Shown: in pieces, positions 45,271 to 53,954 of the stretch
Position numbering within the stretch: position 1 is the first letter of the stretch
How the letters are laid out: each line of letters begins with the position of its first letter
Assembly (NCBI GenBank): GCA_024277025.1
Contig: JAJRWA010000048.1
Span: forward strand, 29,653-93,652
From: Candidatus Krumholzibacteriota bacterium
GTDB taxonomy: Bacteria; Krumholzibacteriota; Krumholzibacteriia; LZORAL124-64-63
Direction: 5' to 3'
Length of the DNA stretch: 64,000 bases
Notes under the pieces: generated by a model
Told to the model about the DNA's origin: nothing
Databases searched by the model: none
The model's input: the letters and a program-made list of their open reading frames with translations, nothing else
Translations under genes and position numbers: made by a program

Positions 45271-46254
45271 ATGAGGAATCTCTTTCTGGCCCTGGTCTGT
45301 CTGCTGTTTGTGCCGGCGACCGCTCTGAGCGGCACGCTGCCGCCGGACGGTACGATTCTGCAGCGGGAAACCGTGGCCGCCGAAACGCCTGGCATCCGGC
45401 TCGAACGGATTGTCTACGCCAGCGATGGCCTGGAGGTCGAGGCATACCTTGCCCAGCCGGCGGCTATCACCGCGCCGGTGCCCTGCGTGGTCCGGCTGCG
45501 TGGCGGCAACCGTGACTTTGGCGCCTGGACCGATGAGCGGGCCCGCCTGCGCCTCGCGCCGCTCGCCGGGCGAGGCTACATCGTGGTCGCCACCCAATAC
45601 CGGGGCAACGGCCGGCACGGCCGCAAGATGTATCCGGGGGACCACATCTGCGCGGGCTGCGACGAGGCCGTCGGCGGCCGGGGACGGGAAGAATTCGGCG
45701 GCGCCGAGGTGAACGATGTGCTGGCGCTGCTGCCGCTGCTGGACGACCTGCCCGGGGCTGACACCAAACGCATCGGGTTGTTTGGCTGGAGCCGCGGCGG
45801 CATGATGACCTACCTGACGCTCAAGGCCAGCGACCGCTTCGCCGCCGCGATCGTTGGCGCGGGAGTAGCGGACGCCGTGGCGAGTTTCGCTCAGCGCCCC
45901 GGCATGGCCACCCATGTGTACGCCGAGTTGATTCCGGGCTGGGCCGATGAGAGCCGGCGCCAGGCTGCTCTTGAGGCGCGTTCGGCCGTGCTCTGGGCCG
46001 AGCAGTTGCCGGCCGAGACGCCGATACTGCTGCTGCACGGCACGGGCGACTGGCGCGTGGATCCAACCCAGGCCCTGGACATGGCGGCCGCCCTGCTGAA
46101 GGCCCACCGGCCGTTCCGCCTGGTGATGCTCGAGGGTGGTGATCACGGGTTGACGGAATATGAGGACGAGGTGCACCGGCAGGTGAACCACTGGCTGGAC
46201 TACTACGTTCGGGACAGGGGGCAATGGCCGGACCTGGCGCCCCACGGGCGATAG
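45271..46254 (+). CDS. secreted alpha/beta hydrolase (S9/dienelactone-hydrolase-like)
   Basis: Signal peptide. Nucleophile elbow GWSRGG, and HGTGDWRVD...GGDHGL (Asp/His). Confidence 0.6.
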   Translation: MRNLFLALVCLLFVPATALSGTLPPDGTILQRETVAAETPGIRLERIVYASDGLEVEAYLAQPAAITAPVPCVVRLRGGNRDFGAWTDERARLRLAPLAGRGYIVVATQYRGNGRHGRKMYPGDHICAGCDEAVGGRGREEFGGAEVNDVLALLPLLDDLPGADTKRIGLFGWSRGGMMTYLTLKASDRFAAAIVGAGVADAVASFAQRPGMATHVYAELIPGWADESRRQAALEARSAVLWAEQLPAETPILLLHGTGDWRVDPTQALDMAAALLKAHRPFRLVMLEGGDHGLTEYEDEVHRQVNHWLDYYVRDRGQWPDLAPHGR

Positions 46255-46358
46255 CGAGGAATCGGACTCCTGATCTGCGGTCGGCGTACCGCGAGACTCC
46301 CCGAGCCCGCCGGTACCGGCTCGGGGAGAAAAGGGAGACACAATTTCGGCGGCACAAC

Positions 46359-47009
46359 CTATCTGTAGAGAGCTTTTAGCGTCCCCCAGGTTTGGCTGTC
46401 GGTGGCGACCGGCTGCTCCTCGTAGATCGCGATCTGCAGTGACATGACCTGACCGGCAACGAGTGGATCAACGGGATCGTCGGCGTCCACATAGGCGGTG
46501 AAACCGGCAATGCTCTGGACGTTGGCCAGACCGATTTCAAGGGCGGCGTTGTCCTCATTGACACAGCGGCCAGCGGGTGCGGCCGGCAGGGTGAAGCTCG
46601 TGATGTTGCCGACAAAGAGATCGACGCTGGCCAGCTTCACGGCGCCGCCGACGACCGGAACAGGCTCACTGTACCCGACAATCAGTTCGCCGGAATCGCC
46701 AAAATTGAGGTAGGGAACCGGGAAACTCCAACCCAGGATGTTGATCCCTTCGGTACCGGTCACTTTGCATTCGAAGCCACTGACATTGGTCACCGTGCGC
46801 TCGGCGCCGGTGCCGAAGTCGGGATTCACCGGATTGAACAGATAGAAGTCCAGGGTCACTTGCGTGTTGTTGTACAGCCGGAAGCAGTTGGCATCGTAGG
46901 CCGTACCCGACCCGGGGTCAAAAGTGAAAGTGTTTGCCTGGGGGTCAAGCTGAGCCAACGAGCTGGAGGCGAAGAACAGCGCCATAAGAATAGTGAGGGT
47001 GGATTTCAT
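46359..47009 (-). CDS. secreted hypothetical protein
   Basis: Signal peptide MKSTLTILMALFFASSSLAQ. Coding-like composition, with no recognisable motif. Confidence 0.45.
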   Translation of the reverse strand: MKSTLTILMALFFASSSLAQLDPQANTFTFDPGSGTAYDANCFRLYNNTQVTLDFYLFNPVNPDFGTGAERTVTNVSGFECKVTGTEGINILGWSFPVPYLNFGDSGELIVGYSEPVPVVGGAVKLASVDLFVGNITSFTLPAAPAGRCVNEDNAALEIGLANVQSIAGFTAYVDADDPVDPLVAGQVMSLQIAIYEEQPVATDSQTWGTLKALYR

Positions 47010-47150
47010 GAGCTATGGTCCCTTCTGCCAAGGGTGGATGTGTCCGTACCAAAGATAGTGAGCAGGGCAATGGTTTTCAGTATACCAGACTGAACAGGGG
47101 TTTGGGGGTTATTCGTGGGGTGGAGTCAGAAGCGAAGTGGATGGACGTCG

Positions 47151-47176
47151 CGGAGCCGCCTGGCCGGGCGGCTCCG
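47151..47176 (-). terminator. hairpin downstream of the ammonium transporter gene (possible terminator, no U-run)
   Basis: A 10-bp perfect inverted repeat cggagccgcc/ggcggctccg with a 6-nt loop, 22-47 nt beyond the minus-strand stop at 47198. Confidence 0.3.
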
Positions 47177-47197
47177 GGCCTTGTATCGCCTGGGCGT

Positions 47198-48355
47198 TCA
47201 TTCGACGAATTCCGTCGCGTCCTGGTAGGGCTGATCCCGGTGCCCGGATAGCGCCAGCACCCGGCCCGCGACCAAGCCGGCAACCAGCGCCACAACGATG
47301 GTGATGCCGATGCCCAGCCCCTGCGCCCCGCAGTTGATCCCGCCGACAAAGACCAGCGCCGCCAGACCGCCGAGCAGTCCCGGAATGCCGTGCAGGTTCG
47401 AGACGCCGCACGTGTCGACCAGGCGCAGGCCCTTTTGCAGGCGATCCTGGACCACAGCAAAGCCGAAAGTAGAGGCCAGACCGGCCACGGCGCCGATCAG
47501 AAAAGCCACCGGCAACGAGACCCGATCGCAGGTCGAGCCGATGGCGACGCCGCCGGCCAGAGTGGCGTTGGCGATGTCGGCCGCGTTGATGCCGCGGCGC
47601 AGAACGACGGTCGCCGCATAGGTCAGCAGCGTGGAACCGCACAGGGCGATGATCACGTTCATCGCCGTGGCGGGTACCGACTCGGCCGGTACCAGCGCCG
47701 CGCAGAAGCTGGGCCAGAAGACCCACAGCACCATGCTGCCCAACAACGAGAACCGGTCGCTGGTGAAGTCGCTGGCCACGGCCGCGCCACGATCCCGGGC
47801 GGTGGTCATGCTGATGGCGACGCCCAGACCGAACAGGGCCCCGAAGGCATGAATCACAATCGAGCCGCCGGTGTCGACAAAGGCGCCGCTCGCCACCAGG
47901 CCCCAGCCCCCGTCCAGCAGGATCCACTCGTTCAGCATGTAGGCCGGCAGGAAGAGAATTGCCAGTATCATGTACTGCCACATTTTCAGGCGACCGAGCA
48001 CCGCACCGGCACAGATCAGCAGGCTGGCCGCGGCGAACTCGGTCAGAACCAACCCCTCGATGCCCGCGGCCGGGTGTCCGAACCACCCGCTCGTTTTCAG
48101 CATGAAGTAGGCCGGGATGGCCGTGGCGACCATCAGGTAGGTCGCGGTCAGAGCGGACAATCCGTAGCCACGCACGAACACCATCAGAAAACCGAAACCG
48201 AGCAGGAGCATGGCCATGACATGGATGGCCCGGTTGTAGATCTGCACGTCGGTGACGGCAGCCAGGTCACTCTGGGCGCAGGCGGTTGAGGCGGCCAGAC
48301 CACTGCACAGCACAACACCCAGCACGGCCAACAGCATCGCGGATCGCTTGGTCAT
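47198..48355 (-). CDS. Rh-type (Rh50-like) ammonium transporter, Amt/MEP/Rh superfamily
   Basis: The ORF was trimmed to MTKRSAMLLAVLGVVLCSG (ATG 48355, GGAG RBS). Rh-family signatures DTGGSIVIHAFGALFGL and CGVSNLHGIPGLLGG, rather than the AmtB DFAGG motif. A signal peptide as in Nitrosomonas Rh50. Confidence 0.75.
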   Translation of the reverse strand: MTKRSAMLLAVLGVVLCSGLAASTACAQSDLAAVTDVQIYNRAIHVMAMLLLGFGFLMVFVRGYGLSALTATYLMVATAIPAYFMLKTSGWFGHPAAGIEGLVLTEFAAASLLICAGAVLGRLKMWQYMILAILFLPAYMLNEWILLDGGWGLVASGAFVDTGGSIVIHAFGALFGLGVAISMTTARDRGAAVASDFTSDRFSLLGSMVLWVFWPSFCAALVPAESVPATAMNVIIALCGSTLLTYAATVVLRRGINAADIANATLAGGVAIGSTCDRVSLPVAFLIGAVAGLASTFGFAVVQDRLQKGLRLVDTCGVSNLHGIPGLLGGLAALVFVGGINCGAQGLGIGITIVVALVAGLVAGRVLALSGHRDQPYQDATEFVE

Positions 48356-48385
48356 GGGATTTACTCCGGGAAAGAGGTGTGAAAC

Positions 48386-48410
48386 GGTTGTTGTTAGTTT
48401 TTCAACAACC
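48386..48410. promoter_or_regulatory. 8-bp inverted repeat GGTTGTTG-N9-CAACAACC in the amt/DUF4136 divergent promoter region (candidate operator)
   Basis: A perfect inverted repeat about 30-55 nt upstream of the Rh/Amt start codon, within a 240-nt divergent intergenic region. Confidence 0.25.
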
Positions 48411-48595
48411 AAGATGAGGTCTCGGTCAGCGGTTGTCAAAGCCGGTGTCCCCACTCGCTTGTTCGCCCGCCATATCATCTTCCGCATGGCGCTTTCGGGG
48501 GCCTCATAGTACAATTCAGCGCTACAGGGGAGCCCAAGTGGCCGTTTGTATCCCGTCAGGGTAACGCGACCGATATCACCAGGAGGTTAGAAGCG

Positions 48596-49159
48596 ATGAA
48601 TTCACGCCAGTCCAGGATCCTGCTCAGCGGTGCGCTCGGGGTGTTGCTGTTGGCCACGCTGACCGGTTGCTCCAGCATCTCGGTCAACTATGACTATGAT
48701 CAGAATGCGGCCTTCGGCAGCTACCGAACCTACGCCTGGCTGGGATCTCCGGACACCGGCAACGCGAATCCGGCGGTCAACAAGCTGAGCAGCGATCTGT
48801 TGGACAAGCGGATTCACGAAGCGGTCGATGCCGAGATGGGCAACCGCAACATCACCGCGGCGGACAATCCCGACGTGCTGGTGAAGTACTTCCTCGGCAC
48901 GGAGGACAAGGTGCAGGTCACCGACTGGGGCTATCGCTATTCCGACTACTACTGGGGCCACGGTGGCCGTCAGATCGACGTGACCCAGTACACGGAAGGC
49001 ACTCTCGTGGTCGACATTATCGACGCGGCGACCAAGACTCTGGTCTGGCGCGGTACGGCGACCGGTACGGTTGACGGCCAGCAACGTACCCCGGAGCAGC
49101 TGCAGGAACGCATCAATGAAGTGGTCGCCAAGATTTTTGCCAACTTCCCGCCCAAGTAA
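48596..49159 (+). CDS. DUF4136-like lipoprotein
   Basis: Lipobox LLATLTGCSS. Size and pattern (YDYDQNAAFGSYRTYAW...) resemble the DUF4136 family. Confidence 0.5.
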   Translation: MNSRQSRILLSGALGVLLLATLTGCSSISVNYDYDQNAAFGSYRTYAWLGSPDTGNANPAVNKLSSDLLDKRIHEAVDAEMGNRNITAADNPDVLVKYFLGTEDKVQVTDWGYRYSDYYWGHGGRQIDVTQYTEGTLVVDIIDAATKTLVWRGTATGTVDGQQRTPEQLQERINEVVAKIFANFPPK

Positions 49160-49222
49160 GTGAATGGGGCAATCGCGTGGGTGCGCGCGATTGTCCCGCC
49201 ATTCGAAGTGAGGATCCAACCG

Positions 49223-50374
49223 ATGTTTCCTGGTTTTCTGCGCCGGCAAAGGGCCGGTTCCGGTATCAGTCTGTTCCTGACGGCGATTCTGATCCTGGCG
49301 GCGACGGCCATGCCGTCCCGTGCCGAACAGGCCATCCCGGCCAAGGTGGATCCGCGCGTTGAACTGATGGGGATCATCTTTCGACTTGCCGGCAACCCGG
49401 AATTCAATCAGGGGCGGCTGCACGCCTATGAAAAGGAAGTCGACCGGGCCTTCGCGGAACTGGGCGGCCATCCGGCCGTGGTCCTGGCCCGCCGGCTGCG
49501 GGAAGACAATGGAATCGGTTACGGCGCGGTCATGGCCTTGGCTCTGCACGTGACCAACCCGCCGGAACTGGCGGAGCGGGTCCCGTTCGACCCGTTGCCG
49601 TCCGGCCTGGACCCGCGCTGGACCGCGGATACGGCCCGGGAATTCCTGCAAGCAGCGCGGCTCTTTGCGCGGGACTCCCATTTCATGGCTTTCTTCAGCG
49701 ATCACCAGGGGATCCATGATCTGACGATCAATCGCCTGAATATCGCGTTGGACAAGGTCTCGATGGCCGCCTGGTGCCGGGCGTACTTCGGCGCTGCGCC
49801 ACGGGAGGCTTTCTCGGTTGAAGTCGGCCTGATCAACGGGCCTACGGCCTACGGTCTCCGGGTCGTCCTGCCCTCGGGCGAGACGGAGCGCCACAGTGTC
49901 ATCGGGGCGGGACAGATCGACTCGGCCGGGATGCCGGAATTCTCACCCGACATCATGCAGACGATTATCCACGAGTACCTGTACACCCATGTGGCCACGC
50001 TGGATCTGGCAGGGAGAGACCGGTTGGCGGCGGCGGGGCAGGCCCTGTACGCCGAAGTGGGGCCGGTCCTGGCGGGACTGGGCTACAACGATTGGCTGGC
50101 GATGGTCGACGAGTCGCTCGTGCGGGCGCTCACCATCCGCTGGCTGGCTGCCGGCGTTGCCCGGGAACAGGTGACCGCGGCGGTGGATTATCAGCAGAAG
50201 ATGGGGTTCTACTGGATCGACGGTCTTGATGCCTTGCTGGCTGAATTCGAAGGGCAGCGCACCAAGTATCCGACCCTGGCCGGGTTCATGCCCCGCATCT
50301 CGGACTACTTCACCGAGTATGCGGCCGATGCCGTGGCGCGCATCGATGCGGTTGAGGCGGGCTGGGGGCACTAG
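49223..50374 (+). CDS. secreted hypothetical protein (possibly DUF4932-like)
   Basis: Trimmed to MFPGFLRRQ...AMPSRAEQ (ATG 49223, GAGGA RBS). No diagnostic catalytic motif; the family assignment is a guess. Confidence 0.45.
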   Translation: MFPGFLRRQRAGSGISLFLTAILILAATAMPSRAEQAIPAKVDPRVELMGIIFRLAGNPEFNQGRLHAYEKEVDRAFAELGGHPAVVLARRLREDNGIGYGAVMALALHVTNPPELAERVPFDPLPSGLDPRWTADTAREFLQAARLFARDSHFMAFFSDHQGIHDLTINRLNIALDKVSMAAWCRAYFGAAPREAFSVEVGLINGPTAYGLRVVLPSGETERHSVIGAGQIDSAGMPEFSPDIMQTIIHEYLYTHVATLDLAGRDRLAAAGQALYAEVGPVLAGLGYNDWLAMVDESLVRALTIRWLAAGVAREQVTAAVDYQQKMGFYWIDGLDALLAEFEGQRTKYPTLAGFMPRISDYFTEYAADAVARIDAVEAGWGH

Positions 50375-50412
50375 GTGGTTGTGACCGGCAGTGCCCCCGG
50401 GCGTGTCGGAGG

Positions 50413-51120
50413 CTACTTCTGGACCGGTAGACCGGCTGCGGTCCAGGCCTTGATGCCGCCGTTCAGGTTGGTCACGCTGGTGAAACCGTGGTCGATCAGC
50501 AGACGAGCGGCGACGGTACTGCGGTTGCCCGACCGACAATAGACGAAGACCGGCTTGTCCTTGTACGCCGCCAACTCACCCAGTTTCTCCTGCAGGACCT
50601 GCACCGGCACCAGATGGGCATCCTTGAGATGGCCATCGCTGAATTCTCCGGCCGTGCGCACATCCAGGATGAACGGATCCACGTTGCTGATCAAAGCGGC
50701 GCCTTCGGCGGCGGACACTTCCGCATATCCCGTCGCGACCAGATCCACGGCTGTGATGGCACCTTTGGCCGAACCGGCCGTGAAGGGGTAGCTGCCCACT
50801 TGCGGCACCTTGAAATAGGCTTTCTCGCCCTCGGCCACCGGATAGCTCTTGTTCACGTCGAGGTCGGGGATGACAATCGTGATCGCCTGGCCAGTAGTTG
50901 ATTCCAGACGCACATAATCACCGCGGTATATGGTGAAGTTCTGCGGCTCGGCCGCCGTCGGGTCGACAGTCAGCACCCGCAGGCCGGCTTCGATACGGCC
51001 CGAAATGGCGGGGCCGGCGTGGTCGGCCTGGGACTGGTCGGCCGCTCCGCCACCATTGCAGGCGGCGATGATAATCAGCAGGCTCACGGACAGGATCAGG
51101 ACGGGGATGCGGCGGGCCAT
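50413..51120 (-). CDS. lipoprotein with C-terminal rhodanese-like (sulfurtransferase) domain
   Basis: Trimmed to MARRIPVLILSVSLLIIIAACNGG (ATG 51120, GGAGGA RBS). Rhodanese active-site loop VYCRSGNRS. Confidence 0.65.
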   Translation of the reverse strand: MARRIPVLILSVSLLIIIAACNGGGAADQSQADHAGPAISGRIEAGLRVLTVDPTAAEPQNFTIYRGDYVRLESTTGQAITIVIPDLDVNKSYPVAEGEKAYFKVPQVGSYPFTAGSAKGAITAVDLVATGYAEVSAAEGAALISNVDPFILDVRTAGEFSDGHLKDAHLVPVQVLQEKLGELAAYKDKPVFVYCRSGNRSTVAARLLIDHGFTSVTNLNGGIKAWTAAGLPVQK

Positions 51121-51489
51121 GGATTTCCTCCGGAAGAAATGACAGAGAGCAAATTCCGAACAGTGGGGATTATGTTTACGAAGTGTTGGCATGGCAAGGA
51201 ATTCCGAGCAATCTGGTCGAAAAGGAATTTCCAGAATGTTAGCAAATGTCAAAACATAGGAAATAAATGGGAGATGGCGGTTCCTTAACCGGATTTTAAG
51301 TTATTGAAAATAAATATCATAACGAAGAATGACGCCGTGGATTTTTTTTTTGATTTCCCAAACGAGTCGACTACATTTCTTGCAGTTAAGAAAAATCGCA
51401 ACAAAGAATGTGCGATGCTCCGGAACGGCCCACCCACCCAACCATGGGGCGAGCCCGGGCCTCCGGAAGAACTGCGAAAGGCGCCGCCG
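51121..51489 (+). promoter_or_regulatory. roughly 370-nt AT-rich (about 40% GC) intergenic leader upstream of the mrp/mbx-like operon
   Basis: A marked compositional dip in a 65% GC background. It contains ggaattccgag...ggaatttccag half-site repeats and a T10 run, so it probably holds the operon promoter and operators. Confidence 0.35.
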
Positions 51490-51990
51490 ATGAAGCGTGC
51501 ATTTCCCTTCCTGTTCGTGACGGTGGTCATGTGGCTGCTCTGGCTGGTTCTGGCCGGCAATCTGGATCCCCAGGAAATGCTGGCCGGCGCCGTGGTCGCC
51601 GTGCTGGTGGCGGCCCTGCGCAGCAGCGGACCCTGCCTGCTGGGTGGTCCCGAAGTCCTGCATCCCAGGCGGATTCTCTACGCCCTCGCCTACATCCCCT
51701 ACATGATCTGGGCCATTGTTCTGGCCAACCTGGACGTGGCCGGTCGCGTGCTCCGGCCGCGCCTGAAAATCAACCCCGGCATTGTCAAGGTCCGCACGAA
51801 CCTGCACAGCCAGGTCGGCCGCATGATCCTGGCCAATTCCATCACTCTGACCCCCGGCACCCTGTCGGTGGATATCGTCGGTGACGACATGTACATCCAC
51901 TGGATTGATGTCGAGTCGCGGGATGCCGAAGCCGCCACGCGCAAAATCGCCGCGGGCTTCGAAAAGTATCTGGAGGTCATCTTTGGTTGA
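51490..51990 (+). CDS. mrpE: Na+/H+ antiporter subunit E homolog (MrpE/MnhE; MbhA-like)
   Basis: Trimmed to MKRAFPFLFVTVVMWLLW (ATG 51490). Pattern typical of MnhE (LANLDVAGRVLRPRLKINPGIV...LANSITLTPGTLSVD). Confidence 0.7.
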   Translation: MKRAFPFLFVTVVMWLLWLVLAGNLDPQEMLAGAVVAVLVAALRSSGPCLLGGPEVLHPRRILYALAYIPYMIWAIVLANLDVAGRVLRPRLKINPGIVKVRTNLHSQVGRMILANSITLTPGTLSVDIVGDDMYIHWIDVESRDAEAATRKIAAGFEKYLEVIFG

Positions 51991-52243
51991 TCTGCTGTTG
52001 AAAGCCGCGCTGCAGTTCGCCGGCCTGGCCATTTTGCTGGGTACCTGGCGCCTGCTCAAGGGACCGGACGCGCCCAATCGCGTCGTTGCCCTGGATGTGC
52101 TCACCCTGGTGACCATGCCGTTGCTGGTCGGTCTGGCCATCATGGCTGACCGGGTGATCTACCTGGATGTCGCGCTGGTCTACGCCGTACTCGCCTTCCT
52201 GGGCGTGCTGGCTCTGGCCCGCTACTACGATCGGGGGATCTGA
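51983..52243 (+). CDS. mrpF: antiporter subunit F homolog (MrpF/MnhF; MbhB-like)
   Basis: TTG at 51983 overlaps the mrpE stop. A small 3-TM protein with MnhF-like RLLKGPDAPNRVVALDVL. Confidence 0.55.
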   Translation: MVDLLLKAALQFAGLAILLGTWRLLKGPDAPNRVVALDVLTLVTMPLLVGLAIMADRVIYLDVALVYAVLAFLGVLALARYYDRGI

Positions 52244-52244
52244 G

Positions 52245-52643
52245 ATGACTGATCTGATGCGACTCGTGGGGGCGTCCCTGACCTTTCTGGGGTCCGCGTT
52301 CCTGTTTCTGGGCGCGCTGGGCATCTTCCGCATGCCGGATATCTACAACCGCATGCAGGCCGGCACCAAGGCCACGACCCTGGGCAATATCCTGACCCTG
52401 ACCGGATTGGGCCTGCTGGCGCCGGCCTGGCTGCCCAAGATCATGCTGATCGTGCTGTTCGTGCTGATCACCAATCCCCTCAGTAGCCACGCCCTGGCGC
52501 GGGCGGCCCACCGCAGCGGCGTAACCCTGGCCCGCGAGACGATCTATGACGCTCTGCGCGAGGACGAGGAAGCGGCCGGCATCGGTCCCGGCTCGCCCGT
52601 GGAGATCGATGCGGCGGCCGGAAGTTCAGAGGTGACACCATGA
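52245..52643 (+). CDS. mrpG: antiporter subunit G homolog (MrpG/MnhG; MbhC-like)
   Basis: ATG 52245, 1 nt after the mrpF stop. MnhG-like RMPDIYNRMQAGTKATTLG. Confidence 0.7.
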   Translation: MTDLMRLVGASLTFLGSAFLFLGALGIFRMPDIYNRMQAGTKATTLGNILTLTGLGLLAPAWLPKIMLIVLFVLITNPLSSHALARAAHRSGVTLARETIYDALREDEEAAGIGPGSPVEIDAAAGSSEVTP

Positions 52644-52879
52644 TGTATCTGGATCTGCTGGTCTGCCTGGTCCTGGTCCTGTCCGGCGTGGCGGCCATGA
52701 ATACCCGCAATCTGGTTTCGGCTGCGGTCATGGTCGGCGTCGTCAGCCTGCTGGTCAGCTATCTCTTCCTGCGCATGGGCGCGCCCGACGTGGCGATGAC
52801 CGAGGCGTCCATCGGTGCGGGCCTCAGCACCATCATCTTCCTGATCGCCATCCGGCGCACCGAGGAGGAGGAGCGATGA
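52640..52879 (+). CDS. DUF4040-like small membrane subunit (MnhB N-terminal-domain homolog; MbhD-like)
   Basis: 79 aa with 2-3 TM helices. ATGA overlap with mrpG. Confidence 0.45.
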   Translation: MMYLDLLVCLVLVLSGVAAMNTRNLVSAAVMVGVVSLLVSYLFLRMGAPDVAMTEASIGAGLSTIIFLIAIRRTEEEER

Positions 52880-53589
52880 AACAGATCCTGTCGGTCGTGC
52901 TGCTGCTGGCCATGGGCTGGTTCCTGGTGGGGCTGGTGCCCCTGGGACAACCCACTGAGCCGGGCCGCGTGGCGCAGCACTATATAGACAACGGTATCGA
53001 CGAGAACCGCGGCGCCAACCTGGTGACCAGCGTTATCGTCAACTACCGCGGCTTCGATACGCTCGGCGAGGTGACGGTGCTCTTCCTGTCGGTCGCCGGT
53101 GCGGGCTTCGTCCTGCGGCGGCGCGACGGCCTGGTCCGCCACGAGCACCGGCCCTCAAGTGAGATCCTGCAAACCGGTGCCCGGATGCTCTTTGCGCCGA
53201 TCGTCGTGTTTGGCGCCTACATCTTCGTGCACGGACACCTGTCGCCGGGTGGCGGCTTCCAGGGCGGTGCGGTGATCGCCTCGGCGGTGATGCTGCTGCT
53301 GCTGGCCGATCGTTCCCACCACCTGCCGCACGGCCTGATGCACTGGCTCGAGTCCATGGCCGGCTTTGGCTACGTCATGGCCGGTGTGGCCGGTTTGGTC
53401 GTGGCCGGATCCTTCCTCTCCAACCAGGGCGTGCTGCCCCTGGGCACCTGGAACCGCCTGTTCTCGGCCGGCATCATCCCGATCATCTACATCCTGGTCG
53501 GGCTGAAGGTGGGCACCGAGCTGAGCTCGCTGCTCGACGTGATGATCGACACCGGCCGGCCCGCCCGGCAGGAAGGGGGCCGGTCATGA
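52876..53589 (+). CDS. MnhB-domain membrane subunit (MrpB-like; MbhE/F-like)
   Basis: The canonical MnhB motif NLVTSVIVNYRGFDTLGEVTVLF. ATGA overlap upstream. Confidence 0.7.
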   Translation: MKQILSVVLLLAMGWFLVGLVPLGQPTEPGRVAQHYIDNGIDENRGANLVTSVIVNYRGFDTLGEVTVLFLSVAGAGFVLRRRDGLVRHEHRPSSEILQTGARMLFAPIVVFGAYIFVHGHLSPGGGFQGGAVIASAVMLLLLADRSHHLPHGLMHWLESMAGFGYVMAGVAGLVVAGSFLSNQGVLPLGTWNRLFSAGIIPIIYILVGLKVGTELSSLLDVMIDTGRPARQEGGRS

Positions 53590-53954
53590 ACGCCGTGACG
53601 CCCGCGACCCTGTACCTGGTGACGGCGATCCTGCTGATCCTGATCGGCCTGGCCGGCGTCCTGGTGCGGCGCAATATCCTGAAGATGGTGCTGGGCTTTG
53701 CCCTGGCCGATACCGGCATCAACCTGCTGATCGCCACCCTGGGCAGCAACCCCGAACGCACCGCGCCCATCCTGGACAAACCTGAACTGTTGGCGAACCC
53801 CTCGCTGGTGGTCGACCCGATCCCGCAGGCCCTGGTGCTGACCGCCATCGTCATCGGTCTCGGGGTCACGGCCCTGATGCTGGCCTACGTCATTCGCCTG
53901 TACGCTCTGCGCCAGAGCCTGGACATCCGTGACTTCGGGAGGCTGAAGTGGTAA
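53586..53954 (+). CDS. NuoK/MrpC-like small membrane subunit (MbhG-like)
   Basis: 122 aa, 3 TM helices, NuoK-like MVLGFALADTGINLLIA. Confidence 0.7.
   Translation: MNAVTPATLYLVTAILLILIGLAGVLVRRNILKMVLGFALADTGINLLIATLGSNPERTAPILDKPELLANPSLVVDPIPQALVLTAIVIGLGVTALMLAYVIRLYALRQSLDIRDFGRLKW

Noticed and set aside
47109-48086. 325-aa minus-strand ORF overlapping the Rh/Amt gene in another frame
   Set aside because: An alternative-frame shadow. The Rh signatures are in the 47198..48355 frame.
51150-51200. Sigma-54-like TGGCATG...GGAAT element upstream of the mrp operon
   Set aside because: The spacing and -12 element do not match TGGCAC-N5-TTGC, so it is probably chance.
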